Shown: piece after piece, positions 48,631 to 59,014 of the stretch
How the letters are laid out: every line of letters starts with the position of its first letter
Position numbering within the stretch: the stretch's first letter is position 1
From: an uncultured Nitrososphaerota archaeon
GTDB lineage: Archaea; Thermoproteota; EX4484-205; JAAOZO01
Assembly (NCBI GenBank): GCA_964408285.1
Contig: CAYOYV010000002.1
Span: 44,833-108,832, forward strand
Direction of reading: 5' to 3'
Length of the DNA: 64,000 bases
Notes under the pieces: generated by a model
The model's database searches: none
Told to the model about the DNA's origin: nothing
Seen by the model: the letters and a program-made list of their open reading frames with translations, nothing else
Position numbers and translations under genes: made by a program

Positions 48631-49383
48631 ATGGCGGTTGGAATATCGCTATCATTGCTAGAGTATGAATCGGAGCTTTCGAGAAACCAGGACAATCTGT
48701 TTCAATCAAGAAGCGCATATGATATAGAAAGACTCGTTAAAACAGGCTCGCTCTATGCCCTTCAGCTTGACATCATGAGGCCTCCCTTCATTGCGAGCAA
48801 ATATGCTTTCTCCATGTCACTTGTGAGCAAGCTATGTGCGGCATTCAGTAGCAGAATCGCCCTTGAGGCGCATCTAATGGCGCGTGATCCTTTGCATCTC
48901 GTTGAGCAGTTCAATGGTTTCATATCCCGTAGTGATCATGGCCGACTCACTGTTACGATGCACCGCGAGGCCTACGATTCTGAGAGGGAATTCCTAGAGG
49001 CATTGCGAGAAGTGAAAAGCTATGGGTATAGGGTTGGGGCAGCGCTTGATCTTCCCACTCCGACTTCTATGCTGACCGACGGCATTGCGGACATCGCTGA
49101 TGTGGTTCTCCTGATGTGCGTGCCGATGGGTAGGGGAGCGCAGCAATATGATGAAAGGTCAACTGAGAAAATCAGGGAAATAGCGAATAGATTTCCAAGT
49201 AAATCAATAGAAGTTGACGGAGGAATCAATGAAAAGACTGCAGGCCATGCAGTGGGGGCTGGAGCCAAAATCCTGACGGTGGGTTCATTCATTACGAAGA
49301 GCCAAGAGCCCTTGGAGGCTCTCAGGCAATTGCAAGGCATATTAGGTGTTGTCTCGGGGACGGAGGGAAGCTTGGGAAAATGA
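48631..49383 (+). CDS. rpe: Ribulose-phosphate 3-epimerase family protein (divergent)
   Basis: LQLDIM, EAHLM, LLMCV.MG.GAQ, IEVDGGIN and GA..L.VGS motifs. Confidence 0.75.
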   Translation: MAVGISLSLLEYESELSRNQDNLFQSRSAYDIERLVKTGSLYALQLDIMRPPFIASKYAFSMSLVSKLCAAFSSRIALEAHLMARDPLHLVEQFNGFISRSDHGRLTVTMHREAYDSEREFLEALREVKSYGYRVGAALDLPTPTSMLTDGIADIADVVLLMCVPMGRGAQQYDERSTEKIREIANRFPSKSIEVDGGINEKTAGHAVGAGAKILTVGSFITKSQEPLEALRQLQGILGVVSGTEGSLGK

Positions 49384-51308
49384 CAGCCGTGTGTTGCTTA
49401 GACATTCCTCCGATTGAAAGGACGAATTTGTTCTATGTCTCAAACAGACCTCCGCTGAAGTCCAATCCACTTATCAAGCTCCCACTTGGGACTGTGAAGC
49501 CAGAGGGGTGGATTCTCAATCAACTCACACTGATGGCAAGTGGATTGACCGGTCGAATCACTGAGGTGAGCCCGTGGTGCAGATTTGAAGAGAGCGCTTG
49601 GGCCAATCCTGAGGGGGAGGGAGATTGGTGGTGGGAGGAATTGCCCTATTGGTTCAGGGGTTTTCATGACCTTGGTCGCATCTTGGATGACAAACGCATC
49701 TTAGATGAATCGGGGAAATGGATGGAACGGGTTCTATCAAGTCAAGAAGCCGATGGATATTTCGGTACAAGAGAGAACAAGCGAAATCATGACCTCTGGC
49801 CAAATATGATGATGCTCTATGCCTTGCGATCCTACTTTGAAGCTACTGGGGATGAAAGAGTTATCCGCCTTATGACCAGATATTTCAGTTGGCAGATGCA
49901 ACTCCCTCTGGAATTCCTGCTCCCTGAGAGTTGGCAGAAATGGCGTGGTGGTGACCAACTTGACTCCATCTATTGGCTGTACAATAGGACCGGTGAATCT
50001 TGGCTCCTTGATCTGGCACGGATCACGCATGAACGTACAGCTGACTGGACGGGTGGAATACCAACATGGCATGGAGTCAACATCTGTCAGGCATTCCGAG
50101 AACCAGCCCAGTATTATCAGCAGACTGGAGATGATCGCTATCTAGCAGCGACTGAAAGGAACTACATGCAGGTTATGGGAACGTATGGACAAGTCCCTGG
50201 TGGGATGTTCGGGGCCGATGAGAATTGCAGGGAAGGGCACATTGACCCTCGCCAGGCGGCAGAGACATGTTCTATTGTTGAATTCATGCACAGCAATGAG
50301 ATCTTACTGTCACTGACCGGAGATCCCAAGTATGCAGATCGTTGCGAGGAAATAGCTCTTAATTCATTTCCAGCTTCGATGACTCCCGACCTGAAGGGAC
50401 TTCATTATTTGACTGCACCAAATATGATTCAGCTCGACCAGGGTGACAAGGCTCCAGCCCTGCAGAATAGCGGAACGATGCTTTCCTATGATCCTTTTGG
50501 GTACCGTTGCTGTCAGCATAATGTTTCACATGGCTGGCCATACTATTTGGAGCACCTTTGGATGGGAACTCATGGGAATGGTTTGGCCGCAGTTCTCTAT
50601 GGCCCCTGTACGGTGAAGGCGAAGGTCGGAGATGGAACGACCGTCTGCATTTCCGAGAACACGGAGTATCCATTTGCGGAAATCATAGATTTGAGATTTG
50701 CCCTACCGAACTCGGTTGAATTCCCCCTGCTTCTGAGAGTCCCGCGATGGTGTGACAGCCCAAAACTGTGCATCAATGGAGAATCAATTGACGCATCTGC
50801 AAAACCCACTTCATATCTTTCAATAGAACGAATATGGAATGATGGGGACGTTGTAAGACTTGAACTACCAATGAAGCTCCGCGTCCGTAAATGGGCTAAC
50901 AATGCGAATTCCGTCTCAATCGAATACGGCCCATTGACCTATTCGCTGAAGATAGGGGAAAAATGGGTAAGATATGGTGGGACGGACAAATGGCCAGCTT
51001 TTGAGGTCTATCCCACTTCTCCTTGGAATTACGGTCTTGTCATTGATCCGCAGAATCCCATGGCTTCCTTTGAAGTTTCAAGGAAGAAATCCCCAATCGC
51101 TCACCAGCCCTTCACATTGGAGAATGCTCCAATGGAGATCAGCACGAAGGGCAAGAGAATAGCAGATTGGAAAGCTGAGAATGGCATTACTCCTATTCTT
51201 CCGAAGAGCCCAGTTAGATCAGATGAACCGATCGAGAGGATAATCCTCGTTCCGATGGGCACTGCAAGACTTCGAATATCATCATTTCCCTTAATTGCTG
51301 AGGGTTAA
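49380..51308 (+). CDS. GH127-family beta-L-arabinofuranosidase-like glycoside hydrolase
   Basis: HGVN, AETC, YRCCQHN (Zn-Cys triad), TEYPF, LRVPRW and YGPL motifs; ATGA overlap with rpe. Confidence 0.87.
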   Translation: MTAVCCLDIPPIERTNLFYVSNRPPLKSNPLIKLPLGTVKPEGWILNQLTLMASGLTGRITEVSPWCRFEESAWANPEGEGDWWWEELPYWFRGFHDLGRILDDKRILDESGKWMERVLSSQEADGYFGTRENKRNHDLWPNMMMLYALRSYFEATGDERVIRLMTRYFSWQMQLPLEFLLPESWQKWRGGDQLDSIYWLYNRTGESWLLDLARITHERTADWTGGIPTWHGVNICQAFREPAQYYQQTGDDRYLAATERNYMQVMGTYGQVPGGMFGADENCREGHIDPRQAAETCSIVEFMHSNEILLSLTGDPKYADRCEEIALNSFPASMTPDLKGLHYLTAPNMIQLDQGDKAPALQNSGTMLSYDPFGYRCCQHNVSHGWPYYLEHLWMGTHGNGLAAVLYGPCTVKAKVGDGTTVCISENTEYPFAEIIDLRFALPNSVEFPLLLRVPRWCDSPKLCINGESIDASAKPTSYLSIERIWNDGDVVRLELPMKLRVRKWANNANSVSIEYGPLTYSLKIGEKWVRYGGTDKWPAFEVYPTSPWNYGLVIDPQNPMASFEVSRKKSPIAHQPFTLENAPMEISTKGKRIADWKAENGITPILPKSPVRSDEPIERIILVPMGTARLRISSFPLIAEG

Positions 51309-51414
51309 CGAAGGGCAAACATCAGACGTAGTATGAACGGATCAAGGTCGGGCTCCACCTTGCTTGTAAAAGGTCTAAATACTCGAGACTCTCTGAGTTT
51401 TCGCAGGACTGACC

Positions 51415-52140
51415 TTGCAGAGCAGAGCATCAAGAGCTCGGACAATTGCTTTGGTATCCTTGCTCGTTGCCCTCGTCTTTGCAGCGACATCATCGATGTC
51501 GGTTTACATTCCTGCCACAAGGGGTTACTTCAACCTTGGAGACTCCATGGTGTTCCTAGTGTCGTTGATATTCGGCCCAATCGTTGGGTCCCTAGCCGGG
51601 GGGGTCGGATCAGCTATCAGTGATGTCTTCTTGGGCTACATGGTGTATGCTCCAGCCACGCTTGTGATCAAGGCCCTTGAGGGATACTTGACAGGGTATA
51701 CCTTCCATGTCTTGACTGAAAGAAGGTCCAAAACTGCCTCGTTCCTTATGGTTTCATCTGCAATAGTGGCCATTGCAATTGCGAGCCTTCTCGCTTTGAA
51801 GATGGTCTCAAGTGAAGTTGAGATAACATTCGTCACAATAGGAACCATAACGCTGCTCCCACAGCCCATAGTCTTTGCACTGTTGGCGATCATAGCCGTT
51901 TCCGCGCTTTTCATCGTGAAATTCCATGAAAGGAATGTTCCTGCAACCATCTCATGCATGATAGGCGGCGCCGAAATGGTTGTTGGCTACTTCATCTACG
52001 AATTGTTGATCTTGGGAATTGCGGCATTGGCGGAAGTGCCCGCGAACATTGCCCAAGTATTCGTTGGAACACTCATAGCTGTAACGGTCTACAGCCTTAC
52101 CTGGAAGAGGCTCGAGAGGCATATCCAAGGATTTCGTTAG
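51415..52140 (+). CDS. ECF transporter S component
   Basis: IPATRGYFNLGDS, GGVGSAISD, APATLVIKALEG, MVVGYFIYE and PANIAQ motifs. Confidence 0.85.
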   Translation: MQSRASRARTIALVSLLVALVFAATSSMSVYIPATRGYFNLGDSMVFLVSLIFGPIVGSLAGGVGSAISDVFLGYMVYAPATLVIKALEGYLTGYTFHVLTERRSKTASFLMVSSAIVAIAIASLLALKMVSSEVEITFVTIGTITLLPQPIVFALLAIIAVSALFIVKFHERNVPATISCMIGGAEMVVGYFIYELLILGIAALAEVPANIAQVFVGTLIAVTVYSLTWKRLERHIQGFR

Positions 52141-52163
52141 GCGCGATACACCAGACAATAAGA

Positions 52164-53210
52164 CTATGTCGCAGTGGAATTAGCAGCCGTTCCCAATTGG
52201 GCCAAAGCTCTCCAAAGCTCATCTTGTGGAAGTTCGTCTATCGCCATCTCCTTCCCTCTTGATAGGCCGATCCTTCTTTTTCTATCTGCTATGATCTTTC
52301 CTATTACTTTCGCCTTGAAACCTGCCTTCCTCAGCTCCTTCATTAGCCTTTGGGAATATCGGCTCTTCGAGGTGGTCAGGAGGCAACCTGAACTAATGAG
52401 TTTCAGCGGATCCAATCCGAGTCTTCCGCATATCTCCCGGGTTTCCTGGTTGATCGGTATTGACGAAAGGTCAATTATACAGCCCTTCCTTGAGGCCTCA
52501 CATATTTCGTAGATACCTCCCAATATACCTCCTTCGGTTGGATCGTGCATGGCTGAAGCATAGTCAGCCGATATCAGGGAGGGTTTCACGATGCTGAGAC
52601 GGCTCACTAGTCTGGTCGCACGTTCTATCTTGGACGGGTTCATCCCTTTCTTCAGCAGCTTTTCCTTAAGGTCAGAGGCAAGAATCGATGTCCCCTCAAC
52701 TCCTGCTTCGCCAACGACTATGAGGTCGTCACCAGCTTTCGCTCCGGAGGAGCTGATGAGTCTCCTTCGTTTCGTCCAACCGATGGACGTTCCTATGAAG
52801 ATGGGATTCGTGACTCTGCTTGAGTATTCGGTGTGTCCTCCTATGATGCTGACTCCAAGCTTCCTGGCCTCCTTGCTGGCCTCGGCCATTATTCTTCCGA
52901 TGTCATCCTCTCGGGTTTTGGGTGGCAGTATGAGCACAATCGTTAGGAATTCTGGTCTGGCTCCTGTCAATGCAACATCATTAGTGGAAACAATCACACC
53001 GAGTCTCCCTAAGTTCTCCTTGGCACCTGTTATCGGATCACTGGAGACGATTACCTTTATTCCGTCAAGTGTGACCACGGCATTGTCTAAGCCAATCGCA
53101 GGCCCACAGATTATCCTCCTGTTCCTAGCGCCGAGATTCGAGAAGACGAATTCCTCAAGTATCCGTGGGGGGACTTTGCCAAGGAGGGCCTCCGAGCTCA
53201 TGCCTCTCAA
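52164..53210 (-). CDS. AIR synthase-related (PurM/HypE/ThiL fold) protein
   Basis: GLDNAV, SSDPITG, NDVA, IIGGHTE, MHDPTEGG and DPLKLISSG motifs. Confidence 0.88.
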   Translation of the reverse strand: MRGMSSEALLGKVPPRILEEFVFSNLGARNRRIICGPAIGLDNAVVTLDGIKVIVSSDPITGAKENLGRLGVIVSTNDVALTGARPEFLTIVLILPPKTREDDIGRIMAEASKEARKLGVSIIGGHTEYSSRVTNPIFIGTSIGWTKRRRLISSSGAKAGDDLIVVGEAGVEGTSILASDLKEKLLKKGMNPSKIERATRLVSRLSIVKPSLISADYASAMHDPTEGGILGGIYEICEASRKGCIIDLSSIPINQETREICGRLGLDPLKLISSGCLLTTSKSRYSQRLMKELRKAGFKAKVIGKIIADRKRRIGLSRGKEMAIDELPQDELWRALAQLGTAANSTAT

Positions 53211-53283
53211 GTTTACTTCGGGGATAAAAGCATTCGAACTATCTTACTGCGGTCCAATGGATTCCGAAGTGCTGTGGAGGATT

Positions 53284-54174
53284 TCATTTGGCCGTTGAGG
53301 TCTTCAGCCGCTTTTCCTCCCAGGCTCTCATCTTACCCTTCTTGAGGTATGATCTATCCGGAGGACGTGGGATTTTGGTTGAATCGAAACCCTCCCACCA
53401 GGGCTTCACAACGTAGGATTTCTCCATGAACTCCTCCTCTCCTTCTCCAGCCACAATATCACTGAACTGGACAAAGCCCCAGAAGTCCGGGATATGCATG
53501 TTGATCTCGCTCTGGCAACTCCAAGTCCAGTTATCGCAATATTTCCCTATCAACTGCCTTTCCCATTCTACTCTGCTGAGATTCATTCTCCATTGATCTC
53601 CCGGCCTGGGAGCACCTTTGGCACCCACCTTGCCAAGGCCCTTCCAAGGGATTGCGATTTCTATCGTCCAACATCTATCCACATCCAAAGGCCAGTTCAA
53701 CGTGCCTTCTATCCGCACAGCATGTTTCAATCCCTTGCAATCCCATGAGATATCTGCTTGCCCGCCTTGATAGTATGGCCTATCGAGATAGAGGTCCCAC
53801 GGCGTGTTAAGCACATTAAATTCGAACTCCACATACGAAGAGATGCGCGGCAATGGCTTGACGAAGACCTCGAAATCATTGTCGTTGTATATCACGCTGT
53901 CCCTTCCTGTCAATGTTCCCCATATGTCCGGTTCCTCCAAATAAGCCGCTACGTATAGATAGTCATTGTCCCATAGAATCTTCGCCTTCGTTTCGAAACG
54001 TGGACTGGGCCTTACATCGTCTCCTTCTATATCGATGAATGGCCTTGTCCATTTCGCATTCTGCCAGGGCTCCTTCTCAAGTATCCCATTTATCTCAATT
54101 GACTCGGTTGATCTATAGCAAACATAACTCTCTGGCTCTATCAACCTGCCATCGCGCGCGGGAATGAGCACCAA
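53284..54174 (-). CDS. Carbohydrate-binding family 9-like (DOMON-like) protein
   Basis: T.AKILWD..YLYV, DNDFEVF, WTIEIAIPW and WRMNLSRVEW motifs; no signal peptide. Confidence 0.8.
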   Translation of the reverse strand: MVLIPARDGRLIEPESYVCYRSTESIEINGILEKEPWQNAKWTRPFIDIEGDDVRPSPRFETKAKILWDNDYLYVAAYLEEPDIWGTLTGRDSVIYNDNDFEVFVKPLPRISSYVEFEFNVLNTPWDLYLDRPYYQGGQADISWDCKGLKHAVRIEGTLNWPLDVDRCWTIEIAIPWKGLGKVGAKGAPRPGDQWRMNLSRVEWERQLIGKYCDNWTWSCQSEINMHIPDFWGFVQFSDIVAGEGEEEFMEKSYVVKPWWEGFDSTKIPRPPDRSYLKKGKMRAWEEKRLKTSTAK

Positions 54175-54328
54175 GCAAACTCACGCCGAAGTTGTTATAG
54201 GGGAGCCTTTAAGAGTCTTAGCTCCATGTTTGGGCATAATGATGGTCATCGAACGGCTTGAGAGACAGAGAGCCGATGAGAAATCTTATAACGGATAGCG
54301 CAATAATAGCGTGCCAATGTGAGGCCAT

Positions 54329-55759
54329 TTGAAGAAATACGACCTTATATCAATAGGAACTGGATCGGCAATGACGATTGTTGATGTGCTGATCAAGGAG
54401 AATCCAAATATCAAGGTCGCGGTCATTGACAAGGATGAGCCGGGAGGAATATGCCTGACGCGTGGTTGCATTCCTTCAAAGATACTGCTCTACCCGGCCG
54501 AATTGGTAAGAGGAATTGAGAAGGCGCCAGAACTCGGGGTCGAAGCCGAGATCAAACACGTTAATTTCAGGAAGATCATGGAGAGGATGCGCGCCCTTAT
54601 TCAAACGGATATAGATGGAATTCGACAGGGGCTTTCGGAGTCAAAGAACATAGACTACTATCGAAGCGTGGCGGAGTTCGTGGCTCCTTATACTTTGAAG
54701 GTCGGGAATGAGATCATAACGTCACAGATGATATTGCTGTGTACCGGATCCAGACCCATAGTTCCGCGCGTAGATGGTCTGACTGAAGCAGGGTATCATA
54801 CGAGTGACACTATCCTGAAAATGGAACAACTTCCAAAGAGCATCGCCATCATTGGAGGAGGATACATAGCAGCAGAATACGGCCATTTCTTCTCCTCCAT
54901 GGGATCTAGGACAACGATATTGGGAAGGAATCCACAGTTTCTGCCTCAGGAGGAACCAGAGATATCGGCGCTTGCCCAGAGAGAATTGGGAAAGCATATG
55001 ACCATAATGACAAACTGTGAGGTCCGTCAGGCAAGAAAAGCCCCGGGTGGAGAGAGGATACTCTTCGCTTTTGACAAGCGAACACAGAACACTATTGAAA
55101 TCAAGGCAGAAGAAATACTTGTGGCTTCTGGGAGAGGACCAAACACGGACATCCTACACCCAGAAAAGGGCGGGATAAATACGGATAAGAATGGCTGGAT
55201 AGCCGTCAACGAATATCTGGAGACATCGCAACCGAATGTATGGGCTTTAGGTGATGCAGACGGCAAATATCTCTTCAAGCACGTTGCCAACTATGAGGCG
55301 CTAGTCGTTTACTACAATGCAGTCCTGAAGAGAAATATGAAGGCAGACTATCATGCTATTCCACACGCTATTTTCACGTATCCTGAAATAGCATCTGTGG
55401 GGTTGAGCGAGAAACATGCCGTTGAAGAATATAGCAAGGACGGAATATTGATTGGCGCATCAAGATATCAAGACACAGCAAAGGGAGAGGCAATGGGCCT
55501 GGAGGACTACTTTGTCAAGGTAATCGTACAAAGGGAAACTATGAAAATCTTGGGGGCCAGCATAATCGGTCCTTACGCATCAATCCTTATTCAAGAAGTG
55601 ATTACGCTTATGTACACGAAAGAACAGACCGCATTTCCGATATTGATTGGGATGCACATCCATCCGGCACTGAGCGAGGTAGTCGAGAATGCATTTCGTT
55701 CACTGATGACTCCTGACGAGTATCATCAGGTTTTAGAGCATCACTATGGTCTTTCTTGA
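54329..55759 (+). CDS. lpdA: Dihydrolipoamide dehydrogenase-like flavoprotein disulfide reductase
   Basis: IGTGS, GGICLTRGCIPSK redox disulfide, GGGYIAAE, LGD and HPALSE motifs; no E1/E2 or GcvH gene nearby, so the substrate is uncertain. Confidence 0.75.
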   Translation: MKKYDLISIGTGSAMTIVDVLIKENPNIKVAVIDKDEPGGICLTRGCIPSKILLYPAELVRGIEKAPELGVEAEIKHVNFRKIMERMRALIQTDIDGIRQGLSESKNIDYYRSVAEFVAPYTLKVGNEIITSQMILLCTGSRPIVPRVDGLTEAGYHTSDTILKMEQLPKSIAIIGGGYIAAEYGHFFSSMGSRTTILGRNPQFLPQEEPEISALAQRELGKHMTIMTNCEVRQARKAPGGERILFAFDKRTQNTIEIKAEEILVASGRGPNTDILHPEKGGINTDKNGWIAVNEYLETSQPNVWALGDADGKYLFKHVANYEALVVYYNAVLKRNMKADYHAIPHAIFTYPEIASVGLSEKHAVEEYSKDGILIGASRYQDTAKGEAMGLEDYFVKVIVQRETMKILGASIIGPYASILIQEVITLMYTKEQTAFPILIGMHIHPALSEVVENAFRSLMTPDEYHQVLEHHYGLS

Positions 55760-55966
55760 GATAGCATAAGCCTTGTTTCGTGCTGGTGAATTCTCGAAGG
55801 AGGGGCACAGTATGCCTCTAGTCTAACTTCCTCGGCTGCTCCAGAATCCTCGATCTATAGGATTCGAACGTGAATTTGGCTTGGTAGACCAGCGTCAAAC
55901 TCATGAGTATGAAATCGAGCCTGACTTGATTGGGAAGAAACGCCGCGACCCCCAAGCCTTCAAGGA

Positions 55967-56458
55967 TCAAGGTCGGGTGCAGGCAAGAACACAGTTCGGA
56001 TGAAATGGTCGTATTGAAGACTGAGAAGAATCACCCAGACTCCTCATTGAATAGATCGGTGATTTCATCCAAGCCCTCTGGAAAATGTCCAGGAGTACGT
56101 ACAGTAATGTCAAGAGAAAAGACAGAACGAGGGATACATGTCTGGCGCTTTCCAATATGGCCTTCGTGGGAAGATCGCTTTGTGCGAGGCCTGCGAAAAG
56201 GAAAATCAGTCCAACTGCGAATGTGGCGTCGATCCATCTTGAGCCACGCCTGAGCAGGAGTGAAAAAGCGAGGAGGCATATAACCATGAACCCAGCCGCT
56301 ATGCTTAGATACACTTGAGCTTGATAAGATATGAGAAGCGAAATGGCTCCAGAGAACAAAAACGTGATTCCATAAAGAGCGATGGTTCCAGGCTTCAATG
56401 GTTCCGAGAGGCTTCTCTTGAAATAGGCCAGGAAGAGATCATATACACGACTTCCCAA
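55967..56458 (-). CDS. Hypothetical membrane protein (about 4 TM)
   Basis: Four hydrophobic segments; no recognisable motif. Confidence 0.5.
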   Translation of the reverse strand: MGSRVYDLFLAYFKRSLSEPLKPGTIALYGITFLFSGAISLLISYQAQVYLSIAAGFMVICLLAFSLLLRRGSRWIDATFAVGLIFLFAGLAQSDLPTKAILESARHVSLVLSFLLTLLYVLLDIFQRAWMKSPIYSMRSLGDSSQSSIRPFHPNCVLACTRP

Positions 56459-56695
56459 GATTAAGGATCGCTTATAATCCCGTTATATGCTAGCACATAA
56501 ACGTAGTCTGGATCATCTAGATATGTTGCGTCGCCTGCTTCAGAGTATCGGTGTGAGGCTGACGCGGCGTTGCTATATGTCGAAGGATGTAAAGAAAGGC
56601 GACCTGATCTGAAAGGAGGGGCGCTATATTGCTTGCCAAGAAAAGGTTTGCCGGGGCAGTTCTGGGTGGTGCATCATGTAGGAGGAAAAAGCCGA

Positions 56696-57601
56696 TTAGA
56701 TGTGTGCGGCTATGTTGACTCCAAAGGAGGACATGTTGTTTAGAGTATCAGCCAGATTCTTTGCTGCTGCATATTGCCCGTTGTCATACAGATCGAGAAT
56801 GTATCTGATCGCTCCCTGTATTTCGCCTGCGAAGTCCCCACCCTGTCCAATATCTGGGAGGTATACGTGATGCACCTCGTTCTCGTTATTATACCCATAG
56901 TATTGTTCGCTCAGCAATAATCCGAGTATCTGGGCTTGAGCTTTATATCGCATTTCGCTGGAATCATCGACGCAAAGTATGCCATATGCATCATATAGGT
57001 CCAAGCCTTGGAGGAACCTGTCTTCTGTTGTTGCGCCGAATTCCTCACCTATTGCTGCCAGGTAGTCCCTCATCGTCATTTCGTTCACCTGCGGACGACC
57101 GCCTATTATGTACAACAGCTTTCCGATGTTGGTCTTCCAGAAACCTATCGTGTGCCCGGTTGGACCGATCGTTATGTAGGGACTCGGGGGCTGTAATGGA
57201 ACCGGGGTCCAGACTCCAAAGGCAGGTCCGCTCGCCGTTTCACCTTCGAAGACTATCGTCTGTAGTCCTGGCTCGGAAGTGGTAGTTAGAGTCCAATCTG
57301 ACATGAGAGGAAGGTCGACGGAAAATGCACCTGTGACACCAGTGAATACATAGAATCCCATTGCGTCTGTTGAGGTTAGAGTAATCTGTGTGCCGTATTC
57401 ATTCTCCAGCTGTACCTGCACACCCGAGAGTGTCCATTCGAAGCCTTGATCGAAAACCCCATTCTCATTGGCGTCGTAGAAGACAACACCTGCCACGCAT
57501 CCTTCCGGCAGTGCTAGATACGCCATGACCCTGAGCTCTGCCCCGGCTATACTGACGATGAGCAACATGATTGCCAATCTTAGGAGGAGGTCGTTTCTCA
57601 T
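56696..57601 (-). CDS. Secreted protein with SdrD-B/Cna-B-like domain and helical C-terminal domain
   Basis: Signal peptide; GVVFYDANENGVFD..E..LSGVQVQL...TDAMGFYVF; GHTIGFWK. Confidence 0.75.
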   Translation of the reverse strand: MRNDLLLRLAIMLLIVSIAGAELRVMAYLALPEGCVAGVVFYDANENGVFDQGFEWTLSGVQVQLENEYGTQITLTSTDAMGFYVFTGVTGAFSVDLPLMSDWTLTTTSEPGLQTIVFEGETASGPAFGVWTPVPLQPPSPYITIGPTGHTIGFWKTNIGKLLYIIGGRPQVNEMTMRDYLAAIGEEFGATTEDRFLQGLDLYDAYGILCVDDSSEMRYKAQAQILGLLLSEQYYGYNNENEVHHVYLPDIGQGGDFAGEIQGAIRYILDLYDNGQYAAAKNLADTLNNMSSFGVNIAAHI

Positions 57602-58124
57602 CTTTCCGATATTCTAGCCCCTAGGGTGACGATAATATCGTTCCTATGTCAAGATTCATACATAAACCGCCACGTAGTCGCTGCATGGATTCGATGGATT
57701 TTGGACAGACGCATTTCATCGTGCATAGTGAATTGGTTATCGTTGACTGATTGAAGGAAATGGAGCAACAAGAAGCACATTTCAGCAGAGCTACTTCGAA
57801 ACTGGCACATCCCGGCCGAAATCCACGCAACGAAATAAAGCAGACCCATAAGATGTCCCTAGCTCGCGGGTAACTTGATTTCCGGAGAGCAAAGCCGGAG
57901 ATGCGAAGAGAAAGGAAAAGGTATGCAGGAGGATGGCAGCTCAGGCTGATCAAAGGCAGTGCCAGGGATTAAGAATGGTCCTCTTCGGTCTCGGGCTTAC
58001 CTAACGTGGAGAGACATAGGCAACCTCCGGCTCACGATCCTTGGATTCATGAAGGGGTTGACTCTCCCGAAGATCAGTAAAGAAAAAGCTAAATCGCCCA
58101 TCATGAGGGACAGAGGAAAACGAG

Positions 58125-58379
58125 GTGAAGGCGATGTCGCTGAGCAGTGTCTTTGTCACGATGGCCGGACTAGCATTGGGACTTGCTGTGATAACAGCAG
58201 TATTCGTCGCGACTGCGTTGGTATTCGGCATCTTGGTTCTTCCCATTTTTCTCGTCGTTGGCTTGGTCATTATCCCGGTACTGCTACTGGGAGCAGTGAT
58301 CGGTCTAGGGAAGCTATTTGCCAAGCTCCTCCTAGCAGCCGTATTCGCAGGCGCCGTCATGGTACTCATGACGTTGTAA
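58125..58379 (+). CDS. Small, highly hydrophobic membrane protein
   Basis: 84 aa, almost entirely hydrophobic; SD-like gaggtga near the start. Confidence 0.55.
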   Translation: MKAMSLSSVFVTMAGLALGLAVITAVFVATALVFGILVLPIFLVVGLVIIPVLLLGAVIGLGKLFAKLLLAAVFAGAVMVLMTL

Positions 58380-58790
58380 TAGTATCCCCAACACTCTCTT
58401 CTTTTGATCTCTTTGAGTAGCCCTGTTAGGCTTCTCAGGCTGGCGGGCATATTCCTCCCGAAGGGGTGTTCTTATTCGTCCGCAAGGGGAAGCAGCATCG
58501 GCTGCAGGTAACAGTTGATGTCATGGAAGCCGTCTGGACGGAAACACACGTGCGTTGACATGTTGCAGCTTGAAGATCTGTGCCATTCGCCTGTTCGACA
58601 AAGGTAAGGTCATTTTGCCCGATGATCTCCATTCTCCTGCCAGACCAACCTTCATTCGACACCTGACCGGGATTCGATCCAGATCGCACGGAGGAAGTCC
58701 AAAAGGCACCCTAGCATCTCCAATAGAAATTGGACCAAGGTTCCGAGTATTTGGACAATGCTTAAATATCGAGTCCATATATGTTGGACC

Positions 58791-58997
58791 ATGGCAGAGG
58801 ATGCATGGGACGAAGACGTGGAAGCCTGGCAAGAATGGCTCGAAGGCCAGGATTCAGCAAGGAAGGTGAATCAGAATGCCCTAGATACGTTAGGCTTGCT
58901 CAGCGACATGACATATGGAGGCCAACTGAGGGAATTCCTTCCTGGCGCTGGCCGACTCTACAGTCAGGCTGCTAGTTGCTTCGACCGCTACTCGTAG
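58791..58997 (+). CDS. Small acidic hypothetical protein, first gene of the ArsR operon
   Basis: TATA cttaaata at 58761-58768, 30 nt before the ATG; ends 17 bp before the next gene. Confidence 0.45.
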   Translation: MAEDAWDEDVEAWQEWLEGQDSARKVNQNALDTLGLLSDMTYGGQLREFLPGAGRLYSQAASCFDRYS

Positions 58998-59014
58998 ATC
59001 TTGGGTGATAAACG

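Noticed and set aside
54329-55759. Mercuric reductase assignment
   Set aside because: Lacks the C-terminal Cys-Cys pair and has the HPxxxE motif of LpdA/mycothione-reductase-like enzymes
58001-58450. 149-aa Thr/Ala-rich minus-strand ORF
   Set aside because: Its composition mirrors the hydrophobic plus-strand ORF at 58125-58379, which has the better SD-like signal
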